Shown here one piece after another: positions 13,590 through 24,540 of a stretch of 64,000 bases of DNA. Under the pieces are notes generated by a model. It did not search any database. It saw nothing but the letters and a program-made list of their open reading frames with translations, and had not been told where the DNA came from. The position numbers and the translations under genes were made by a program. Source of the stretch: Podarcis pityusensis (taxonomy: Eukaryota); assembly GCA_964106645.2 (NCBI GenBank), contig OZ067038.1; one strand, 5' to 3'. Within the stretch, counting starts at the first letter, position 1, and each line of letters opens with the position of its first letter.

Positions 13590-14779
13590 TACTTCAAAAA
13601 TGAGACACATTCAGGATGGCAGCCATAAGGGGTGGGTCAGGGCAAGAATATGTTTTGACAGTAACAGCACAAGTTTGGGGCTTGTGAAAAGTAACGACTC
13701 CAGGAGCAGCCCATTCCGTTTTGGCGCCTGAGGCGAAAAGGGAAGTTTCCATTTCCCCCTCTCCCAACGCTAAAGCCAGAGTTTTGCTGCTGCCGATTCT
13801 CTTTAGTTCTCTAGGGAAGGCAAGAGGTACCTGGGGAACTCTGTTTGCTGGAGAAGTAAGAAGTGGCAGTAGCAAGAGCTCTTCCTGGCAGAATCCTGCT
13901 GCCTGAGGCAATTGCCTTGGCGAGCCTAATCATAACGCTGGCTAGGCTTGACTCACAAAGGAAGCAGTTGGTGGTAGGCCCAACTCAAGGTTTTTGGCTG
14001 CCACCCCCATGTGTCTTATCTTATGCTGAGCAACATAACGACAGAGCATCTTAAGGCAGCTTCTGCACTAGGGCTCTTTAACGCTGCTCAGACATTGCTC
14101 TCCTGTGATGAGCCTGAAGCAAAAAGAAACAGTGGCTCTGCAATATAGCACCATATATTGCCTGTAACCACGATGGCAGTGTCCATCTCCATGGGCAAGG
14201 AGGGCATGGGCATGTTAACCTAGCAGCAAGTTCCATACAGCCATGTTTCTGCTTCTTGTGGCTAATGGCCCTTTAATTAGGTCCTTCCTCCTTTGTCTCA
14301 TTGCTATTAAAACAACGCCAGAGCAATCCTATGCATATCTACTCAGAAGCATGTCCCAATGAATTCAGTTGGGATGGCAGCCCTCAGAGACATTCCAGCA
14401 CTTCCTCCTTTGCAAAGTGGGAAACACATTGCTAGCAAAGATGGCTAAAGATAGACGTTCTCTAAAAGGGGTTAGGTTGTATAAATGTTAGGGTAGAACA
14501 GCAAAGCAAAAGGATAGGTATGCACCAAACAATCCAGCAGGAAGGGATCTTGGAAAAGAGAGGCAGGTCTAGGGTGACTGTAGATAAGGGAGCATGATCA
14601 GAAATAGCAATGTGAGGAAGGGTTCAGCAGAGTTGAGAATCTGACTGAGAAAGGGCAGCCACCTCTTCCTGCAGAGGCCTTGCACAAGGTGAGAATGTTA
14701 CAGAAAACAAGGAAAACTAGTTATTTAAAAAGTGAAAGGAGAACCTGGAAAGAGTGCATCCATGGGACAAAGATGAAAG

Positions 14780-14960
14780 ACAAGGCTATCAATGGCCACC
14801 AAGTCATGATGGCTCTATATACTGTCTTCATTTGCTGGGGAACAACAGAAGAGGGCCACTGAACTCGTGTCCTGCTTTTGGGCTTCCCAGGGGCATCTGG
14901 CTGGCCACTGTGGGAAACAGAGTGCTGGAACAGATAGGCCTTGGACAGGGCTCCTCTTAT
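14780..14960 (+). mobile_element. CR1-family 3' end fragment
   Basis: aaggctatcaatggc...ggcatctggctggccactgtgggaaacagagtgctgga...; related to 21470-21640 and to the reverse complement of 61167-61365. Confidence 0.55.
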
Positions 14961-15466
14961 TTACAAGCCGTTGAAATAATTCCCATGCATGGATGGATGT
15001 TTTATTTATTTATATATATAGGGGGGGGGGGGCTACTGTGATTAACAAGTAACCTGTGTGCTGGCTTCTGTCTCCATCAGTTGTTCTAAGAAAAGTGGAG
15101 CTGTTTCCAAGGTGGGAGTTATAGAGCTTTGAGGATGGAATGCTCAGAAGGGTTTTATTTATGATGCTGGTGGGTCTTATACTCCAGGTTGAGGCCATGC
15201 GGTGTTAAGTGTCCCAGTGTGTACATCCTTGTATTTTCCCTCTTTGCTAACACTTCTGGATCTGTTAGCATATCTATAGCAATTATTGAAAAGTCTGACA
15301 GGTTCTCAGGACTGAAATGTTTAGCAACTGGCTTCACCCCCTTTTTTGGTTTCTAAAACATGTTGGTTGTAGTTTTTATTATGTTCTGGATATGACATCC
15401 CTTTTTTGCAGTCAATTATATGGATTATAATTATATATGGATTATATTATATGGATTATAATTATA

Positions 15467-15501
15467 TGGACCTAATGGTCAGGGGTCCCTTTACTTTTAC
15501 C
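15467..15501 (+). mobile_element. Extremely 5'-truncated Sauria SINE (3' tail only) within a tatatggattata repeat
   Basis: tggacctaatggtcaggggtccctttacttttacc matches the recalled Sauria SINE 3' end; it is flanked by tatatggattata copies. Confidence 0.75.
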
Positions 15502-18500
15502 TATATGGATTATATTGCAAGATTTGCTGGTGATGTTCTGTTTTGACAAAAAAAGGTGGAGAAATCCATAATGGCTATCTTGAAAAAAGCTTCATTTAAT
15601 TTTACCAGAGCAGCTGATGAAGGCAGAAGCTGACACACTTTGCTACATAAATAAAGCTCTTTTTGTTAATAAAAATATTATTTTAGTGATTAACTAAATC
15701 CTAAAAGGAATCCAGAACTGGCTTGTATGAAGTACTATTTGACACCCCTCCCCCCGTGTGTGTACACATACACAAAACTGGGCATCCATGCAATTTTTTG
15801 GTGAAGATTTCCGTCAACTGGAGCTCTCCAATAACCCAGCCATATACCAGACCTGGTCTGCATATGCAGCAGAACGCTGAGTAGGTGGAATAAACTGTGT
15901 CTCTTTGGACTGCAGATATGAAATACCATGTCTGAATGCTCTTCTGTGTGAAAATTCTCTACAAACGGGAAACTAGAGCATTGTGGAGACAGTTTCAGTC
16001 CACCTTTCTGTTGTGCAAGTCTCCTACTTATAGAGTCTCTTATTGTTGTTTAAACACAGAGAATTATTACCAAAAAAATAACCCCCCACCAGTAGCTCGT
16101 AGTGATAAAGTATGTTCTGCAATTTCAACACGCATATCATCTCCTCCTCATTTTCTCAATGAATGGCAGCTTTATTTCACAAACACAGATGCTGGAAACT
16201 GCACTCCTATTCAGAGATCGTTGCATTTCATAAATAAACAATGATTTCTACTAAAGCTTCTGTGTAAAAAGTTCAGCAAGATTCACATCAAGACCTACCA
16301 AAGAATAAAGCACTACAATTATGCAGGCCTCCCCTTCATCCCACAGGACATTTAAAACAGCTTATCAAAATAATAAGCGTTTAAGTTTGCATAAATACAT
16401 AAAGATGAGATGAAGGAACTGTGTGGGACCTACTTTAAATACATCGGTTTCTGATGCTTATCTGATTCTGAAAATAAAGTCAGCAGGTTGCAACCCAGAA
16501 ATCCCAACCTTTCCTTAATATTAACAATGCAGGAAGTGTAGTAAGCACAAAATGTCCCACTGCATTGTTAACGGTTATGTATAGCCTATTGCTGGAAGCT
16601 GGAACTTGCAACAATGGCTGAAAAGTTTAGGAACCACCACAGACATAAAACAGGGCAGGGGGAAAGCAGAGAATTCACTGCTCAGATGAAACAATGGATT
16701 ATTTTAATACTGCCATTTATGGAAAGGGATACACAGACAGTTAACTCCTTCCCAGAGGAGGTGTCTGCTAGAGGAAAGCAATCAGTCCTGATAACAGAAC
16801 TGGTATCATATGGAAATAATCACTATTCATTCTCAGAAACATCATTTCTTACTAATGGCTATAGATTTGTTCTGTGGAACAAAAAGAATGCACAAAATTG
16901 AGACATGGGCAAAAGTGTGGTACTTTTTTTTTTCTATCTACCCAGGCAGGATTCTCTTTTCATTCAATAAGGACTTCTTGGCAGAGTGAATATCCATGGA
17001 GATGGTATTCTCTTTTCACTCTGAAGATCATGGAGCTTCCAGAATTCAGGTGCATGAATGAAAGTGTGTACCTAAGGCTGCCTGATCAGTGATCATTTCA
17101 AGGAAGAAATCTCCAGTGGCTCAGGGAACACAGCGCTGAAGTGCTTTGGTGCTGAGTGGCATTTTAGTGGTGCACTTAGCTTTCACCTGTGCACTGAGCT
17201 TGTTCCAGTTTGCATTAGATCAAAAGTAATAAGCAGAGCGAGTCCCAAGAAGCAGAAATGAGAATGAGAATGGAAGAAACTAACTGGGATGCGCAGGTGT
17301 GACACAGGAACGCACCACTGAAATGAGATACACGCACAGACAAGGAAACAACGCGATGTCTATTAATATTGGTGTGAGCTTGCAAAGAATGAGAGACAAC
17401 AGAAAACAGTCCTGTTCTGAAACCCAGGCAAACCAGTTTAATGGGCCGGCCCACAGCTCAGCAGACCAAGCAGGGTCCGGAGATGTAGCAAGCATCACCT
17501 CCACGAAGTCACAAGTCCTTGCTGGCAGTGATGGAGCTGGAGACACGTTCAGGGTTGGGGTCACCTAGCTGCAAGGTACATCTGTTGCAATATACTGTAT
17601 CATCCCTCTCCCTCTCGCAGTACATACAGTATATGTTTGTGCACAGAGAGGCCTCCAGTCACTCACCTGTAATGGCACCTGACCTGGAAGGTGGGGAACA
17701 CTGCTTTGCTAGAGCAGGTGAGCTCTCTGAACTTCTCCAGAGGCTAGAATCAGTTACAAATGCTTTGCACTTTAATCTGTGAGTTACAGATTAAATGAAC
17801 ATTGATTTCGACTGAGGCTGCTTTTGAAGTAAGCAACTGTTCCTCACAGAATGCAGCTTGATTTGGTGTTACCCAGGCTGCAAAGACATTATGCTAAGCT
17901 GAATGGCCCCTCATGATTCTATGATCTCCTGGGTGCCAGGGGACAAGAAGGTGGCTTTTGTGTTGGAAGGAGAGCAGCATTCCTTCCCATGCCCATTCAA
18001 GGCTCACCTGGCAGTCATCTGGGAACAATTCTTCATTAATTCTATTCCATTTTAAAACAGTGCCATTTGGTGCCAACTTCCCAATAATTCCTATCCCATT
18101 TCAAAATTTCCTATCCCATTTCAAACGAGCATTATTTTGGTGATATTTTTGCTTCCCTGTTTTCTCAACCACAGCCTGGACATCCATATAATTTTTAAAT
18201 CACAGCCACATACGAAATAAATGTTTCTTGTCAAGAATTCCATCCAGTCACAGGTTTATTTTAGTCTGAATTCACAGAAAGTGGAGGCTGTTTAATAAGT
18301 CACTATGAGTAAATGCTACACATGGGAAGTTTGTTCTCTGTTGTTATTGTTGTTAGCCTCAAAAAGATGCTAACCTTATTGAACTCTTCTAAAAGCATGA
18401 AGAGCTGGGGCTAATGAGGACAAAGGCAACTTTCTTCCCATGTGGCTACAACCACTGCATGATGAATTTATATAAGAAGCAGTCATCCTGCAGTGCTGAG

Positions 18501-19641
18501 TCTTGGAATCTACCCTGATGCTCCCTTTGCTTATTAATTTGAAACTCCTTGTTTCCTATCCTAGACCAGCCAGACATCTGCAGATGCAAAGTAAGTGACA
18601 GCAGTCTGTCTGACCAGATTCAAATTATATTGATCAGTTTTAGACATCTAGTAATTCTTTCCCAATCCTTGCTCTCAGTTGTGAAAGGCTGCCCATCTCC
18701 TCCCGTTGATATATTTCTCACATGCTTGTCATCACAAGGGTGGCTTTAAAGGGTGAGATTAGCTACCACTGGCATAGAGAGAAATTGGACTTTGGGTCTA
18801 TGTACCTCATGTTTTGTTCTGTTTTTCCCATACACTTTACAACAGACAAACGTTTCCTGTAGTGTTGCAGAGTTGTTGTTGTTTGCTTGGAAGAAGCTAA
18901 ATTCACTTATCCTAGTGACCTTCACGAGGTGAAGCAGTGAAGATCAGGGCTTGTGGAAGGCTAGAGAGGTAGTAGGGGAATTGCTAAATGAAGAGATTGC
19001 CAGTAGATAAATGTTCATCCCATTCATGAAAGGGCTAAAGGGTAATAAAAAATTATTTCCTCGTGGAGTGTGGCATAAAACAGGCGAGATATTTCTGCCA
19101 TTGCTCAGCCATTTCCACTTCATTAAAGTGAGCAGATAAAATGGCATGTGGCTTCTTCAGAGTAAGTGACTTTCCAAAAATCAGTCTTGCTCTAAACTTC
19201 CAATAATTCCCACTTGCTAGCAAAAGTCACTTCCTCCCCAGGAGCTAACTCAGGCCATTGTTTCTTTTAAAAAATGGTTTGTAGAGGACTCTTTCATCAG
19301 ATACATTTTGAGGCATGTCCATGATTTTGGGGTGGGGGGGGATTTTTGGAATTAAACAAACTGCTGATGACACTTCCTGTGAAAAGGGGGACAAATGGCT
19401 CTTGGGGCAGGGCAGGGCAGGGCAGTTCACGTGGAGGTGGGGGGGATGCATTTAGGAAATGGGAATTGGTGCAAGGCAGGTGGGAGTGGAGCAAATGGCA
19501 AGGGAGAGATGTGCAGAGGAGTCTTACTGTTTGTGCTGAATGAAACTAGTTTTCTAGGTGCAACTTGAGGGCTATGCTGATAGGTGCTTCCAATTCATGT
19601 CCTTGCCTGAAGCAAAGCACTGAGCTGTGGAAGCTACTTAC

Positions 19642-19731
19642 CTGATAACTGCTGCACTGAAGGCTGGTCATGTGTGCTTAACAACTGTGCCTGAATGGTT
19701 TCTACTACCCTCTTAAAGCGACGGCTTGGAC
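19642..19731 (-). CDS. BRSK2: BRSK2 coding exon (~exon 18, 90 nt): (G)[29 protein letters not shown]
   Basis: Acceptor ttttcacag|GTCC, donor TCAG|gtaagt; translated by hand. Confidence 0.96.
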
Positions 19732-21048
19732 CTGTGAAAAGACACATCGGACTGTGAGTTGTGGAAGAACTGAACACTGTTGTGGAAGGGAGAGTGTAGG
19801 AAGAGAGCACATTTCCATTAACTTTTCTGCTCAGTATTAGATTTCATCTGAAAGCTTCTCATCCTTATGTTTACAAATATGTCCAATTCCCTTCTGTTAA
19901 TTATTTCTTCTCCTTTATATTCCCCCCATGCCACCATTTTGCTGCTCCTCTGCCAGCCCCTCTGGCTTCTCTCTCTCACTCCTGCCTCTGGGCTTCCAGC
20001 CATGCTGCTCCCTATGCTCAGAATAGACCCCACCTCTCTGTTCAGCAAATAATTTCATTTTTCTCTCCCAAGTCCTTATCTCAAGACTCACTTATGCAAC
20101 AAAGTTTTTTTCAGAACCAGCTACCAGAGGCTCACTTTACCTGCTCCTCCATTACTAATTTAGTCTCTCTTTCTTGATCCCCATGACTTTCTATCAATCC
20201 TTGAGCTTTCTTCTATCTTGCCTAGTTAATGAAAATGGCAAATCCTCTAGAAAGGAATGGTGTCACTTTTATGTTCTGTACAGCATGCACCTAAGGACCT
20301 TGTTCCAGCTCTATGAAAGTTTAATATTAGTAGCAGTAGGTTATGCCTATCACATTCTTAATAAAGCTTTATGAAGACACACTTCCCTCTGAAACTTACT
20401 AGACCTTCCAGCTCCCTTGCAACATCTGTAGATCTCATTATATTATACTTAACTACCTAGTTCGTATACCCCTGGTACCTCTACTATTTCTCCCCAACAT
20501 GGCCAGCAAAAAAACACTGTTCCTTGTTTGCTTGTTTGTATTTTTAAAAAAACACTGCTTAGTCTCCAGGATTTTGTGTAACCCAAATCTCCAAAGCAAA
20601 GTAGAACTATATGTAATCTAAATAACCATCCATTTCCAAAGCTTTTGCCTTTTTTTAAAGCACTCCAGAACAGCTGGTGTCCCATGCAGCTAAACACAGT
20701 CAGTATGACTAAAGAGGGTGGAGTGGTAAACTCAACCCACCTCAATTTGAGTACTGCTAGTCATGTAATGTGGCTTACCAAGTGTTTGACAGGCCTACCA
20801 TTTTATTTTTTTTAGTCTCAGGCAGGCAACAAAAGCAGATTTACTGAGTCCGTGTTGGACTGCCATACCTGAATGATGGACAATGTTCATCCGCGCAAGC
20901 CACAAGCTACACGTACCTGCTCTACTAGGCTAAATGCCCCAAATAACATCTTAAGGGCACCAATTTTGAAAGCTCTCTTCCAGAATTCTGAAGACTAGTT
21001 TGACTGCTAAAATGTTTCCTTTTGAAGCTGCCTCAAACACAAACAAAT

Positions 21049-21120
21049 CCAGAGAGGCAGCTGTGTTAATCTGTTGCAGTGAAAACAACAGAAAGTTTTG
21101 TGGCACTTTTAAAGACCAAT
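21049..21120 (-). mobile_element. Older Penelope-like terminal fragment, inverted relative to the 21248-21372 copy
   Basis: Its reverse complement (ttggtctttaaaagtgccaca...cagattaacacagctgcctctctgg) is similar to 21300-21372. Confidence 0.55.
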
Positions 21121-21247
21121 GAATGATATATTTGATCGTCAACCCTACACAAGAAAAGAAATACAAACTATGTAAATCACTGTGTGTGATAAGTGCATTT
21201 CACAGCATGTATATCTGACATTCACACACAAGGAAAACATAAGCTGT

Positions 21248-21285
21248 GTATCTGAAGAAGTGTGCATGCACACGAAAGCTTATAC
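21248..21285 (+). ncRNA. Minimal type I hammerhead ribozyme motif within a Penelope-like retroelement fragment
   Basis: gtat-CUGAAGA-a-GUGUG(caug)CACAC-GAAA-gc-UU-auac: catalytic boxes, helix II, minimal helix III and a 4-bp helix I are all present. Confidence 0.75.
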
Positions 21286-21372
21286 CAAGAACTAACTTAG
21301 TTGGTCTTTAAGGTGCTACAGGAAAGAATTTTTTACTTCGACTATGGCAGACCAACACGGCTACCCATCTGT
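21248..21372 (+). mobile_element. Penelope-like element terminal fragment flanked by a ~12-14-bp direct repeat (aacataagctgt)
   Basis: Typical reptile Penelope-like end (ctgaagaag...gaaagct...ttagttggtctttaaggtgcta...cagaccaacacggctacc); direct repeat at 21236-21247 and 21373-21384. Confidence 0.7.
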
Positions 21373-21810
21373 AACATAAGCTGTGTTAGTAAGCTACAAC
21401 TGTTAGCAGTATAATTATGCACATGCATGGCAAAAAAGTGTGATGTGCAATTTTCCACACATGATGACCAGCAACTTGGATGGCTTTAAGAGAGGATTAG
21501 ACATGTCCATAAAAGATAACACTATCAATGGCTATTAGCCACAATGCCTATGTTCTGACTCTACTGTCTGAGACAGTCTGTGAATGCCACTTGTTGGGAA
21601 TCACAACTGGGGAGGCTGTGGTTGCACCCAGGGGTCCTGATCCAGCAGGGATTTTCTTACAACAATTTAGACACCATTTGAACACTTCCACATACATGCA
21701 AACTGCTGCTGCGTGTTGAAGAAATTAACTACAATTAAGGCAGCCCTCGCTATTTTGTCTGTGCTCCTCCTCCTCCTCCTCCATGCAGACAGCAAGCTTG
21801 TGACAATTAC

Positions 21811-21991
21811 CTGATAAAAGTGTGAAAGTGACTGAGTAGATCCCGTTCTCTTTCTGGGCCTCCCCACCTTCTGTGTATGTTATGTCCACTTGGAACTTCA
21901 CTGGCTTCTGAAAGACAGCAGGGCCCCCTGTGGATTTGTACTCTGCGCGGAAGCTTGTCTGTGAGATGACGCTGTGACTGAGGCTGGGGAT
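21811..21991 (-). CDS. BRSK2: BRSK2 coding exon (~exon 17, 181 nt): [60 protein letters not shown](G); KA1 domain
   Basis: Acceptor gtttcctactag|ATCC, donor TCAG|gtaatt; translated by hand. Confidence 0.96.
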
Positions 21992-22615
21992 CTAGTAGGA
22001 AACAACAACATGAAGAACAAATGGTACTACCACTCTAAAACCAGTGGCAACACACCAACTTAAAAAGCATCAAAATCTGAATGGGAAAGACTGCTGTTTT
22101 GTGGGACTGCCCTTTCTTTAAGAATGAAGGAGCATTCCAGTCTGATCTGCAGCAATAAAAAATGAACTTCAATAAGATCTCATCAGCTAGCCATTTATTA
22201 AAAATTGTTAAATGCCCAAACTCCTGGCTCCGAGAACTGCTCACACACAGCATCTCCGCCTTACCAGGATTCAATTTCAGTTTACTGGCTCTGATCTAGT
22301 CCACCACTGTGTCTAGGCACCAGTCTGGAACACCCATGGCTTCTCTTGATTCAGATGTTACAGAGAAACAGAGCAAGGTGACATTTGCACATTGTTGACA
22401 CCACACTCCAAATCTCCTAATGATTGCCTCCAGAATCTTTCATATGGATGTTAAGCAGCACTGGGGGCAAAATAGTCTCCCAAGGCATTCAAGAACAAAG
22501 TTTACAGAGTGCAGGCACATAGTCATTCTGTGCTCTTCTCTGGACCAGCCCTGCAGATTTGAGTGGGACCACGGTAAAACACTGTCGCGTGGGTTTGTGG
22601 GAGTATTGCACAAGT

Positions 22616-22706
22616 CATAGCTGTCAACTTTTTCCTTTTTTTAAGGGAAATCCTATTTGGAATAAGGGAATTTCCCTTTAAAAAAAGGAAAATGTTGACA
22701 GCTATC
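22616..22706. mobile_element. Short palindromic hAT-type MITE with 8-bp TSD GCACAAGT
   Basis: Terminal inverted repeats catagctgtcaac/gttgacagctatc; GCACAAGT at 22608-22615 and 22707-22714. Confidence 0.85.
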
Positions 22707-24416
22707 GCACAAGTGTCAAAATGTATAGGAAGCATTCTTGGACTGATAATGTGGAAAGGAGAAGAAGAAAAATTTTGAAGTTATTAATATAGTGTTGAAA
22801 GCACTTTGCACACATTATCTTCATGCACCTTAGAACAAACCTGCAACTCTTATTACCTCCATATTACAGGTTTGGGGAGGGCTGTGAGGAAGCAGTTTGA
22901 CTTTGGTCCCCAATGAGCTGAGATTTGAATCAGCACTGTGTTGCTCATGCTGTTAGCTACTCTGCCACACTAGCTCCCAATAATTATTTGGGGCTGTAAT
23001 CTTATACACTTTTATCTGGGTATATCCTATTGTTATCCAACTTAAACCATACTCAGATACACCAAAATCAATAGACTTGAGTTACTTATGCCCATTTATT
23101 TCAACAGGTCATCTCTGAGTATGACTAACATTAGATTTCACCCAATGCCAACTTCTGAGTAGATCTATACAGAGTTGCACTCTGAGGGACTTAAAACTGG
23201 CAAAGATCATTTGAGATTTTTGCTCTTACACATACGACTGTATCACACTCCACTTTAAAAGAAGCCCCAAAGATTAACTGTTTCAGTGAGAGTTCCAGAA
23301 CATGTCTTGAGATTGTCTTCTCCCAAGGGCAGAGTTTGCTTTGGCCCCCAGAAAAGGGCAAGAAATAAGCTACTAGATGGGAATGTAAAGGAATCACCCT
23401 GTTATGTATAGCCACAGTGATTTTATGTGCAATTTTACTTGGAGTATGGCTGGATTTATACACCATGCTCTGGGGAACCTGAAAAATATGCCTAAGATGT
23501 TAATCTTTTTAAAATCTTATTTCTCAGGGAAGTTCTGCTAAGAAAGCCAGCTCTGAGTCTGGCATATATGAGTGAGAAATGAATACATAAAAAAGAAAAT
23601 GAGTAACGGTGAGGGAAAGATGGTGTAATTGAAGAACAAAGAGGCAAAGGTCACTTATACACTAGCCATTTAATATGGAGCAGACATAATCTCTTCACTC
23701 AGTTTTTACAGAGAATTTAGATGACAGCATTTCCAACTCAATGTACTCCAGAATTCTTCATATTGTCCTCCCACCTTTTTCAGATGTGAGCTGTGATTTT
23801 TAAAAATAGCTTGTATTTTTTAAAATAAAAAAATAAAGATTACATTTAGTCAGTACATGCTATATAGCCATAGTAACAATAAAAAACATTACATCAATGG
23901 AAAGAAGCTTTCCTACCACTGTATATTCTCCTGCATTCTAGTACTATAAAGCACCCCTACTCATTTTGTTAAAATGCAATTCAGAATGGCATTGAGCCTT
24001 CTTGGGGCTACTGTCTCTTTAATTTCCCTCCATTCTTTGTTTTAAAGTGACTTCTGCTTCTGGCTCTTACATTAGTCAGTTCCTGTTCCTTGTGTGGTTG
24101 GTGATAATTACTAGTTTTGTCTTTGCAATCAAAGCAAATGTTAATTCTATTATCACAATTACATGGTTAAGGTAATAAAAAATAAAATTTCTAAAAAGCA
24201 ATTACTCCAGCTGAAAAGAAACCCAAAATAAAACCGCCTCCCACAGATAACAGGAACTGATTAGTCAATAACCAAGAAACATTGTGGCCACAGGAGAGAA
24301 CAGAAAGAAATTTTAGTTTTAAAGGGCACTAGTGTGGAATGTGTCTGGAACTGCAGGCTGAGGAACCACAGCTCATCAAGTTTCACTTGTGTGTTTATGT
24401 TTATGTCCGTACTTAC

Positions 24417-24540
24417 CGAGAGGAATGCATGGACTATGTCAGCCTTGATAGAACTCAGCGGTTTGTCCTTAATAACCACAAAGATCTGTTCTTCTTTCTC
24501 TAGGTTGATAAAGTTACCAAACCAGGATTTTTTGGCAAGC
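24417..24540 (-). CDS. BRSK2: BRSK2 coding exon (~exon 16, 124 nt): [41 protein letters not shown]; autoinhibitory segment and start of KA1
   Basis: Acceptor gattggtcag|GCTT, donor CTCG|gtaagt; translation in ORF 24261..24590. Confidence 0.96.

Noticed and set aside
19404-19445. G-quadruplex-like (GGGCA)n and G-runs
   Set aside because: A common low-complexity motif on the template strand with no supporting context.
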